Below, piece by piece: positions 1-10,400 of a stretch of 64,000 nucleotides of DNA. Both the position numbers and the translations under genes were made by a program. The DNA is from Chrysemys picta bellii (taxonomy: Eukaryota), in the NCBI RefSeq assembly GCF_011386835.1, contig NC_088807.1, positions 21,576,001 to 21,640,000 on the forward strand, in the 5' to 3' direction. The first letter of the stretch is position 1; each line of letters starts with the position of its first letter. The notes under the pieces were generated by a model. It was given only the letters and a program-made list of their open reading frames with translations. It made no database searches and was not told the origin of the DNA.

Positions 1-164
1 CCTAGCTTTGTAGCTACAATGCCACCCATCCATCTATTCTGTTATCCCCCTGTCCATCCCTGCAGTGAGTCCTATTCATCCAGCCACAGCTCTAGTCTGG
101 ATCCTTCGATGCCCACACCCACCAACTATCCATCTGCCGATACCCCCGCACCCCTGCCCCTCAC

Positions 165-3100
165 CCTTCTCATGAGGCCCGTGGACCCTGTTCTTGTGCC
201 AGTGCAGCTCCTCGTGGCCGTGGTGCGGCTCCTCGTGGCCGTGGTGTTCGGTGGTGTTGAATTTCTCTTGGATCTGATGCTCCAAGATGCTGATTTTCTT
301 CTGCAGGGCGTCACGCAGGGAGATGGAGAACAGGGAACTGTTGTGGCTGTGCTGGGGGGTGGGGGTGGGGGTGGGAGGAGGGGACTGTGAGCGAGACCTT
401 ATCATTCTCTCGGTGCCCATCTACCCTGGTATCCCGCCCTGTCCCTGCTACCCTGGATCGTCCCATGGGCCCATCTACCCTGGTATCCTGCCTCATTTGT
501 ACCACCCTGGATTAGACCCATAGGCCCCTCTAGCCCAGCATCCTACCCCCTGTCCCTGGATCATAGAGTCATCAATCCCAAGGCCAGGAAGGTCCAGTGT
601 GCTCACCTAGTCTGACCTCCTGTATTACACAGGCCAGGCTGAGAAAGCGTCAGCGACGGCGAAACCACCACGCTGCTGGGTAAACGGTGCCAGTGGTTAA
701 TGACGCTCACCGTCACAAACCTACATCTTATTTCCAGTCTGTCAGCTCGGGTTCCACCTTCCTCAGCGAGATGGAAGAGCCCGTGATTAAATATTCGTTC
801 CCCCTACGTACTGGGATCAAGTCCCGCCTTCACCTTCTCGTTGTTGAGCTAAATAGCTGGCGCTCCTGGCGTCTCTCGCTCTAACGCAGGTTTTCTAATC
901 CTCTAATCACCCCTGTGGCTCTTCTCTGCCCCCTCGCCAATCGGGCAACGTCCTCCTTGGATGGGGGGCACCAGAACTGGATGCAGGAGCCCCACATTGT
1001 TGCCCCAGGGCCAAATCACCTCTCTGCTCCTACTCGAGATTCCCCTGGTGACGCTTCCCAGGTTCCCGTTAGCCCTTTTGACCTTCGCATCGCACAGGGT
1101 AGCTCAGGGTTCAACTGATTGGCCACTACGACCCCCCCCTCCAAAAAAAAATCTTTTTCAGAGTTGCTGCTTCCCAGGAGAGAGCCCCCCTGCCCCATCC
1201 TAGGAGTCCAGCCAGCATTTGTTCCTAGATGGATACAGGTACATTTAGCCGCATGAAAACCCACAATGCTTGTGTCCAGTTTACCAAGCGATCCAGCTAG
1301 CTCCGTAGCCATGCCCTGGCCTCTGTGTTATTTACCCCCACCCTCAATTGTCGTGTCCTCTGTAAACATCACCGGTGACGATTTCCCGTTTTCTTCCAGG
1401 TCGAAAACGTTACATCGCCTCGGGACCAGGGCCAAGCCCTGCGGGACCCCAGGAGAAACACGCGTGCTCAGCGGCGACGCCCCGTTTGCAGTTACAGTTT
1501 GAGACCTGGCGTCGGCCAGTTAAAAACTTCCGCGTGGGCCGTGCTGGTTTATAACGGTCGAAATGCCGTGTGCTACCACGTGAAACGCCGCCCAGAAGTG
1601 TCAGTTTATTACATCAACTCGCTTAGCGTTAGCAACCAAACTTGTCATCTCAGCCAAAAGCGAGATCAAGTTAGTTTGACGGGATCTATTTCCCATAAAC
1701 CCCTGCTGATTGGCATTAAGTACATTGCCCTCCTCCAAGTCTTTATTGAGTCCTGTATCAGTCACTCCATTAACTTGCTAGGGATTGATGTCAGACCGAC
1801 AGGCCTGGAACTGCCCCGGGTCATATGCTTTATTCTTTGTAAATAGTGGCACATTAGCTCTCTTCCAGTGCTCCAAGACTTATTGGAAATCAACATTAAT
1901 GGGCCAGTGAGCGTCTCAGCCAGCTCTTTTAAAACTCTTGGTTGCAAGTTATCTGGACCTGCTGATTTTAAAAGTCTAACTGTAGTTGCTGCTGTTTACC
2001 ATCCTCCTGAGACACTAGGGGAATGGAAAGTGTGGTATCGTATGATAGGCCATCATCTATTTTCCCCCAAATACACAACAGAAATATTTGTTGAACAATT
2101 CTACCTTTTCTGCTTTATTGTTCATAATTCTACCATTTCCATCTAGCAATGGACCAATACCATTGTCAGGATTCTTTTTATTTTTAATATACTTAAAAAA
2201 AACCTCCTTCTTATTGTACCTAGCTCTGCTGGACATAGACCCTCTGCTGACCCTTTGCTTCCCATATCAATTTTCTACAAATCATAGTAATGAATATAAA
2301 TCAGAAGCTATCAACTTCCCCTTTGTTTCTGATTTATATTCATTACTATCAACTTCCCCATTGCTTCTGATTTATATTCATTACTATGAGCTTCCCCTAT
2401 CTTCTAGTTGTTATACCTCGTTATCTGCCTTCACTTCCTCTCTAAGGTTGTGTTGTTAACCAGCGCAGCCTTTTCCCTCAGCTGTGGTTTTCGGGTGTCT
2501 GGTATAGCGTTCTTAGGCAATTTCCAATGATCATTCACATTTTTCTGATTAAATTCTTCCTTCCGGCTGATTTGGCTTATCATTGTTTTCATCTTTGTGA
2601 AACTGGCCCTTTTAAAGCACCAAGGAAATAATCTCATCACTCTGGACTTTACTCTCTTTGCACATTATGAATACCATCAAGGCGTGGTCCCTTGTACCAG
2701 AGCCACCATTAATTTCTAGCTCCGTGCTCAGTTCCTCATTCTGTTAGGATGAGTAGAATTCCCCCGTGTCGGTGGCTACAGCGTTTGAGACAGGAACTCG
2801 TCAACTAGCACATTTAGAAATTCCCAGAATGATTTAGTGTTGGCAGCACATGGCCTCCAGCGTACATTATTCAAATTGAAGCCCCAGGGATCACGCCGCT
2901 TTTGTTCCTATACGTTACAGGGGGCATACATTGTTGTTCACTCTGGTCCCTAGTGTGCTTCGAAGGGGCTGTAGCGGACTCCAACTAATAACCCTTCTTG
3001 TTCTTTATCTGTTAGGCCATTGATCCCAAAGCGTAGAGCATTTTCGTCCGTGTCGTCCGTGACGCGGAAACAGGGCGTGCCATTTGTGGCGTGGATTTCC

Positions 3101-6100
3101 CTTTCGCCCACCAGGTTTCAGTGATACCAGCTGAATCACCCGCAAGCAAGTCCAAAGCCTCTTGGTTGTTGCCCAGGGGCCGAGCTTTGCTGTACAGGCA
3201 ACGCGAGGCTTTTCCTCCCCTCACATCCTTTGCTTCCTTGATTCATTTTTTCCCCTCAGAATCCTGATTTTAGGAGAAGCCCTCAGCCTGCTCCTCCACT
3301 CGCCCCACTCCCCTCCCATCACGTTCTGGGGACAGGTCGGCCGGAGCCATCAAGCCAAGATCTAACACAGCCGGACGCAACATTTCCTGAGACCCCTGGG
3401 CCTGTCTGGCCTGGTATTTAGGCCCAGCGCCCTACTGAGGCCCTGATCTCCTCCCCTCATACCCCTGCCCCATGGGGGGGGGGGGAATCTGACCCCGCCC
3501 CCCCCGGCCAGGCGGTTCAGGTTTCCCAGACATGCTGAGAAGGGACAAACAGGAAGGAAGAGGCCAAGGGGGTTTATATTTAGCTGAATGCTCCGGCCAG
3601 GACCCGAGCTGCTCCCGCTAATCCATCCCCCTCCTCCCACAGAGCCGCCAGCGCCAATTAGCGGCGGTGCCACAAACCCACTGATGCCAATGGAGCAGCC
3701 TTTGTATGGTGCTGGAGGGCAGCCTGATCCTCCACTAGCCCACACTCCCCTCCCAGAGCTGGGAGAGAACCCAGGAGTCCTGGCTCCCAGCCCCTTGCTC
3801 TAACCACTAGACCCCACTCCCCTCCCAGAGCTGGGAGAGAACCCAGGAGTCCTGGCTCCTAGCCCCCTTGCTCTAACTACTAGCCCCCACTCCCCTCCCA
3901 GAGCTGGGGAGAGAACCCAGGAGTCCTGGCTCCCAGCCCCCTGCTCTAGCCACTAGCCCCCACTCCCCTCCCAGAACAAGGGACAGAACCCATAAGAACA
4001 GCCATATTGGGTCAGACCAAAGGTCCATCCAGCCCAGTATCCTGTCTGCCGACAGTGGCCAATGCCAGATACTCCCAGAGGGAGTGAACCTAACAGGCAA
4101 TGATCAAGTGATCTCTCTCCTGCCCAGGAGTCCTGGCTCCCAGCTCCCTGCTCTAACCACTAGCCCCCACTCCCTTCCCAGAGCCAGAGACAACTCAGGA
4201 GTCCTGACTCTCAGCTGCTCTTCCTCTACGCAGGGAACAAATACTCAGTAACGGACTCTCCACTGTAGCAGAGGACGGTCGAGCCTGATCCCAGGGCTGG
4301 AAGTTGAAGCGAGACACATTCCCGCGGGAAACAGCGTGAACATTTCTCATGGGAGAGCAATTAACCAGCGGAACAACGGGCCCGGCGCACGGTGGATTCT
4401 CCCTCACCGGCAGCGTGGGGCTCGTTCTCTGAACGCTCGGCCCTGGGAACAGCTGGGGGCCGTCCCCGGGCCTGTGCTGTCCAGGAGCTCAGATCGCCTG
4501 ACCACCACAGTCCCTGCTGGTCTTGGATCTGTGACTCTAACCACTAGACCCCACTCCCGTCGAGTGTGCTTTGAGGCATGGGGCACGGGGCCTTTGCCCT
4601 CTAGGAGGTGCCAGCTCTGATCTGCCCCAGGGCAAGGACTGGCTGGCTCAGGGGGGCAGGGAATGGGGCCTGGGGCCAGTCCCCTCTAGGAGGCGCCGAC
4701 TCCCATTCAGCCCCAGGACGGAGACTGGCTGGCTGTGTCCCAGGACCCTGGGAAACGTTCATCTTCCAGAACCATCCCAGTAATTCAAGGGCAAAGGGGT
4801 CTTAACTGGGGTCTTGGCAGATGGTCTTGAAATAGGATCAATCAGTAATTCCTCCGGGCTGGGATCTGGGGGCTGTTTCTACTTAATTAGTTAAAGCCGG
4901 AGGCAGGGGGCTGGGAATCTGGACTCCTGGGTTCTATCCCTGGCTCTGGGAGGGGAGTGGGGTGTAATGGTTTGGGGGGGGGGGAAGCAGGCCATGAGGT
5001 TCCTAACTGGGTGAGTGATGAGAGAGGTTGAGATGATGGAGGAAGGGGGAGGGGGTAAACTGAGGTAATGGGGGCGGGGCTGGTGGTGTTAGGGGGCAAG
5101 CAATGGCAAAGGATGCAGGGGGATGGGGTAGGGGGGGCCGTGGGGAGCTGACCTGATCCTAGCATAGGGGGAGGGGGGGTGATCCTGCCCCAGGGTGAGA
5201 AGGGAGGTTATGGGAGTGACAGTTGCGGACTGATCGGATGGGGTGTGGGGGGACGGGGTGTGGGGGGACGGGGTGTTGAGGGGATGGGGCCTATAAGGGG
5301 CTGCTCCTTGAGCCATCTCAGCATTTAGGGAGGGGGCGGCTGGGGGGGTGAATGGGGCCCCACAGCATCTGTTGATGCTCCAGCCCCTCCTAGAATGACT
5401 CCAGCGTGAGGAAGGGGGGCACTGGTGGGGGGCGGGTGATGGGGGTCAGTGGGCAAGGGGGAGAGGTTAATAGGCAGGGCATGGGGTCCCTGGGGAGGGG
5501 GTCAATGGTCGGGGTGGGGGGGAAGCTGGGGAGGTCAGTGAGGAGGGGGTCGATGGGAGGGATGTATGGCCAGGGGGGCGGTGGGTCAGTGGGGGGGGGG
5601 TTGATGGCAAGGGGGGGTGTGGGTCAGTGAGGAGGGAGGTTGATGGGAGGGCTGTGGGTCAGTGAGGAGGGGGAGTCGATGGCTGGGGGAGGGTCAGGGA
5701 GGAGGGGGGTTGATGGCAAGGGGGGGCTGTGGGTCAGTGAGAAAGGGGGAGTTGATGGCTGGGGGGGTCAGTGAGGAGGGGGAGTCAATGGCTGGGGGGG
5801 TCAGTGAGGAGGGGGGTTGGGAGGGCTGTGGGTCAGTGAGAAAGGGGGAGTTGATGGCTGGGGGGGGTCAGTGAGGAGGGGGAATCAATGGCTGGGGGGG
5901 TCAGTGAGGAGGGGGGTTGGGAGGGCTGGGGGTCAGTGAGGAGGGTGGGGTCGATAGCTGGGTGGAACAAGCCCCCCCTTACCTGGAGGTGCTCCAGCCT
6001 CTCCTTGAGCGATTCCAGCATGCGCTCCAGTTGGGGGGCGCCGGCGGGTGCCTCCCGGGGCGGGTCCTCCATGGTGTTGGGGGCGGCGCTGGCCTTGCGG

Positions 6101-6534
6101 AAGGCGGCCTCGTGCCCGGCGCCGCCCGGGGGCTCGGGGTGCTCGCGGTGCCCGAAGTGGGGGTACTCGTTCTCCCGACCGACCCCCTCCCGGTGCCCGT
6201 GGCTCAGGTTGTCCTCGTGCCCGCCCGGCCCGTGCTCCCCGCCCGCCCGCCCCTCGCACCGGCTCAGCTTGGCTGTCAGCTCCCGCACCGTCTCCCGCTG
6301 GTCCAGGATGGTCTCCTTCTGGTGCACCACTGTCTCCCGCAGGTGCAGGATGGTCTCTTTGGCCTCCTCCAGTGTGCCCGCCCAGTGCCCCCCGGCCCGC
6401 GGCTGCGGGGCCTGCTGGCAGCCCGTCTCCAGCTCCAGGGGCATGGGGCTGCAGACGAACTTGGGCAGGGCATACTCCCCCCTGCTGCCGGGCACCCAGC
6501 AGAGGGCCCAGAGGAGAGCCCAGGCCAGCCACAT
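165..6534 (-). CDS. Neuronal pentraxin-like secreted protein (NPTX1/NPTX2 paralogue), first two coding exons; pentraxin-domain exons lie beyond the left edge
   Basis: Exon 1 CDS is 6534-5983 (184 codons; donor CAG|GTAAGG). It encodes a signal peptide MWLAWALLWALCWVPGSRG, then PKFVCSPMPLELETGC, the coiled coil EEAKETILHLRETVVHQKETILDQRETVRELTAKLSRCE, and PNTMEDPPR...QLERMLESLKERLEHLQ, all matching the NPTX1/2 N-terminus. Exon 2 is 351-165 (acceptor CCCCCCAG|CAC; donor AAG G|GTGAGG, phase 1) and encodes HSHNSSLFSISLRDALQKKISILEHQIQEKF...HEKG. Confidence 0.88.
410..520 (+). repeat. Two degenerate copies of the ~51-bp 'cccatgggcccatctaccctggtatcctgcctc' repeat family
   Basis: Same unit as the tandem array at 34335-34695; further copies at ~19965-20020 and inverted at ~33040-33180. 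Confidence 0.6.
560..3260 (-). mobile_element. Degraded, internally deleted CR1 LINE (endonuclease and RT remnants plus 3' tail)
   Basis: Minus-strand remnants include SRCLYSKARPLGNNQEALDLL...GITETWW (CR1 endonuclease start, ~3200-3110) and QPRVLKELAETLTGPLMLISNKSW...RPVGLTSIPSKLME (RT, 1947-1762). A CR1-type 3' end (atcatagagtcat...ctagtctgacctcctg) lies at 560-640. Many stops and frameshifts. Confidence 0.88.
3740..4210 (+). repeat. Tandem/dispersed ~70-bp GC-rich repeat 'gggagagaacccaggagtcctggctcccagccccctgctctaaccactagaccccactcccctcccagagc'
   Basis: Four to five tandem copies here. Others, on both strands, at ~4530, 4910, 11540-11630, 17030-17130, 26300-26570, 41530-41700, 42510-42590, 53225-53430, 57950-58125, 61180-61300 and 62630-62920. 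Confidence 0.85.
3991..4123 (-). mobile_element. CR1 3'-end fragment
   Basis: cataagaacagccatattgggtcagaccaaaggtccatccagcccagtatcctgtct resembles the reverse of turtle CR1 3' tails (from memory). Confidence 0.65.
4300..4430 (+). mobile_element. Old CR1 3' fragment
   Basis: ...gagagcaattaaccagcggaacaac...ggtggattctccctcaccggc resembles the CR1 terminal RT/3'UTR segment. Confidence 0.45.
5420..5945 (+). repeat. G-rich ~28-30-bp tandem repeat (gggtcagtgaggaggggggttgatggctggg) next to the NPTX-like exon 1 donor
   Basis: More than 12 visible degenerate copies; explains the spurious Gly-rich ORFs. Confidence 0.85.
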
Positions 6535-6999
6535 CCCGGCACCCGCCGGACCCCTCGCCACCGCCCCAGCCTTCCTCCCACGGAGGCGCCCGGCTGATTT
6601 GTGCCAGCGGCCGGTTGGCTCGGTGAGCAGCTGGGACTTTTCTGTTTCTCGCCGCCCCCCGGCACCATCCCGTCCGGCTCGATTTCCCAAATCCCCTGGT
6701 GATGGGCGGAGGGCGCCCGTCTCCCAGGAGACGGGAGAATTAGACGGGCAGGTTAATGGGCTTAAGGAGTCGTGGCAAAGCTCCCCCACCCACCCCTGGC
6801 AACGGGACCCAGGCGTCCTACAACCAAGCTGGCAGGGATCAGGGGCGTTTGGCAGATGAAAGGATTCTAAGGAACTGGGAGGGATTTAGGGAGGGGAAAT
6901 GACACACCGGGACACCGGGGGGCTTTCCACAGCCACCGGGAATGAGCCCCCCGCACGGCACGGGGGGGGGGGGTGCGCCCAGAGCCAGACATCTTCCCT

Positions 7000-7150
7000 G
7001 GGTCAATCCGGAGTCACCCCTCCCTGCAGTTGGGACAGGGCCGGGTTCTGATCTAAGCTCCTGGGGTCAATCCGGAGTCACCCCTGCCTGCAGTGGGGAC
7101 AGGGCCAGGTTCTGATCTCTGCTATCCCAGGGTCAATCTGGAGTCACCCC
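7000..7150 (+). repeat. ~62-bp repeat containing an imperfect 20-bp palindrome gggtcaatccggagtcaccc
   Basis: Three copies here; also 16100-16240, 53690-53800 and degenerate copies at 58650-58800. Confidence 0.7.
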
Positions 7151-7261
7151 TGATGGCATGGGAGTGAATCCAGATTTGCACCAGGGGGGCCATGGAGTTT
7201 ACAGTTAAGCCCCCCCACCCGAGCCATGGGCTGTTGGATATAACACAGTAAACAATCCAGC

Positions 7262-7267
7262 TTTATT
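7262..7267 (-). terminator. Poly(A) signal AATAAA of the TLR gene
   Basis: tttatt on the + strand, ~160 nt downstream of the TLR stop at 7426. Confidence 0.65.
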
Positions 7268-7300
7268 CTGTAGAGCGCCTATATACACGGCGGCAGGTGT

Positions 7301-7317
7301 CACTGCCCCCTGCTGGC
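7301..7317 (-). promoter_or_regulatory. CTCF-consensus motif (GCCAGCAGGGGGCAGTG)
   Basis: Matches CCASYAGRKGGCRS; an identical 17-mer occurs at 11251-11267. Confidence 0.55.
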
Positions 7318-7425
7318 TGAATAAGCCCCGCTCACCGCTGTGTCATAGTCCTCGTACCGCACCAGGCGGAGGGGGAGTCTGAAGAGGCTGGGGTGTGGTT
7401 CTCTCCCTGCAGCCCCAGGCTGGGG

Positions 7426-10400
7426 TTACTCGACCACGTTGAACTGAACCATCCCCGCGGCTTCCCGGCCGTCCCCCAGGGCCTCCCGCAGCTGGGTCCA
7501 GAACACGTCCTGGGCCTCGGGCTGCTCCGGCCAGTGCAGGTAGCTACGCTGTTTCACCAGCTTCCGCAGGCGGTGGTAGGGGGAGAGGCTGCGGGGGGGA
7601 GAGGCCAAGATCTGAGCCCCAGTACCCACGGCACAGGGCAACCGCGCCCCACAAGCTCCCCCAGAGCCAGCACCACCCCCTGCTCCCCACAGCACCCCCA
7701 GGAGTGCCCCCCAGAGCCAGGGCCACCCCCTGCTCCCCACAGCACCCCCAGGAGCTCGCCCCACAGCCAGAACCCCCCCCCACACACACTCCCCACAGTG
7801 CCCCGGGAGCTCCCCCACAGCCAGTGCCCCCCTGCTCCCGTGGGAGTGCCCCCAAAACCAGCACCACCCCCTGCTCCCCACAGCACCCCCGGGAGCGCCT
7901 CCCACAGCCAGCACCACTCCCGGGAGCACCCCCCACAACCAGCACCACCCCCTGCTCCCCACAGCACCCCCGGGAGCGCCCCCCACAGCCAGCACCATCC
8001 CCTGCTCCTCGCAGCGCCCCTGGGAGTGCCCCCCACAGCCAGCACCATCCCCTGCTCCTCGCAGCGCCCCCCACAGCCAGCACCATCCCCTGCTCCCCAC
8101 AGCGCCCGTGGGAGCGCCCCCAAAACCAGCACCACCCCCTGCTCCCCACAGCACCCCCGGGAGCGCCTCCCACAGCCAGCACCACTCCCGGGAGCACCCC
8201 CCACAACCAGCACCACCCCCTGCTCCCCACAGCGCCCCCGGGAGCGCCCCCCACAGCCAGCACCACCCCCTGCTCCTCACAGCGCCTCCCACAGCCAGCA
8301 CCACCCCCTGCTCCCCGCAGCGCCCCCGGGAGTGCCCCTCACAGCCAGCACCATCCCCTGCTCCTCGCAGCGCCCCCCACAGCCAGCACCATCCCCTGCT
8401 CCCCACAGCACCCCCGGGAGCTCCCCCCACAGCACCCCCGGGATCTCCCCCCTGAGGCAGTGACCCCCCGCCCCGCTACCCCCACCTCACCGGTAGCTGG
8501 GGATGTCCTGGAGGAAGACGACGACCAGCGGGTCGTGGCCCTGGTAGTAGGTGCGGGCGCAGGCCAGCTGGATCTCCAGCGAGCACCACTCGCTCTCCAG
8601 GGCGCGGGCGCTCAGCAGGCACAGGGCCTTACGGCTGCTGCTCACCCCGCGCTGCACGTTGTCCAGGTAATAGGCCCCGGGGGCGAAGTCGCGGGGCCCA
8701 AAGCAGAGCCGGAACCGGGGCTGCCCTTCCTCCTCCAGCTTGGCCAGCAGCGTCCGCACCACCCAGGCCTCGTCCTCGGCGCAGCAGGAGACGTAGGCGT
8801 CGTACTGGTAGCCCCGCCGGTCCCGCCGCAGCCGGCCCCGGCCCCAGGCCCGCACCAGGTAATAGCCGTAGCGCAGGGTCCAGCCCAGCTTGGCCCCGGC
8901 CAGGGACCCCGCCAGCATCAGGAAGGTGGCGGTGAACGACCACGCGAAGAAGACGACGCCCAGGTCCACCCAGCAGAAGGAGAGATCGTGGGCTTGGAAG
9001 AGCCCCTCGCTCACGCCAGGCCCCAGGCAGAGGTAGGAGCCCAGCAGGGCCACCTGGACCCCCGGCTCCGCCGCCGACCAGTTCTGGAACCAGGCGTTCT
9101 CGCAGGAGCAGGCCAAGGGGTTCCCGGCCACGTCCAGGAAGCGCAGCGCGGGCAGGCCAGCCAGCGGGGCCCAGCTCACGTTGCGCAGCCCGTTCTCCCG
9201 CAGCGAGAGCGACTCCAGGGAGGCCAGGCTGGAGAAGACCTCGCCGGGCAGGTCCCGGAGGGAGCTGCCATCCAGCCCGAGCCGCCGGAGGCTGCCCAGG
9301 CCTTGGAAGAGCCCCGGGCGGAGGCTGAAGGGCCCTTCCCGGCTGGGGTAAATGTCGGAGAGATCCAGGTAGAGGAGGCCAGCCAAGGGAGCCAGCGAGA
9401 GGTTGAGGAAGATGCCGCCAGGGTTGTCCCTCAGGTAGAGCTCCTGGAGGTTCCCCAGCCCTTGGAAGAGTTGGGAGGGCAGCCGGACGGGGGGCCGGGC
9501 CTCCTGCGAGCTGAGATCCAGGCACCGCAGGGCCGGCAGGCCGGCGAAGGGGGCGGGCGAGTCGTACTTGCTGTAGGCCAGGAGGCGGTTGCGGCTGAGG
9601 TCCAGGGTCTCCAGGGCCTTCAGGCCCAAGAAGGAGCCCTGGGAGAGTTTGTAGAGACCGTTCTGGGCCAGCGAGAGGTGGCGGAGGGAGGTGAGCCCCT
9701 TGAAGGCCCATTTCTGGAGGGTGAGGATGCGGTTGCTGGAGAGCAGCAAGGTGTGGAGATGGTGGAGGCTCTGGAAGGCGGACGTCTTGATGTACCGGAG
9801 GTTGTTGTCGCTCAGGTCCAGGGTCTCCACCTTGCGGGCGTAGACCAAGGTGTCACGGGTGACAGATGCCAACTGGCAGCCCTGCAGCAGTAGGGTCCTC
9901 AGGGAGGCCATGCCCAGAAAGGTCCCCTTGTAGAGGTAGGTCAGGCGGTTCCTGGACAGGTCCAGGTGGGTCAAGGCGCTGAGGGGCCGGAAGACGCCGT
10001 CTTCCAGCTTGGTGAGGTGGTTGCGCCGCAGGACGAGGACCCGGAGCCGGGGCAGCGACCCGCCCCAGGCGCTCTGCTTCAGCTCCTGGACCTTGCACTT
10101 GTCCAGCGAGAGGGACTCCAGGTGGGGGAACAAGCGGAAGACGCCCCCCTGGAGCCGGCTCAGCGGGGTGGTGGACAGGTCCAGCCAGGTTAGGTTGGTG
10201 CAGGCGCCCAGTTGGGCCAGCCGGGACGGCGGGACCTTGGAGTGTTTGATGTCCAGGCTGGTCAGCGCCGGCAAGCTCTCCAGGACCTGGCAGGCCAGCC
10301 CCAGGTCCGAGTCCAGCGCCGGGCGCATGCTGGACCAGTGCAGGGCTGTAAGGTTGGGCAATGGCAGGCCCAGAAGATGGGAGATGTTGAGGGGGTTTTC

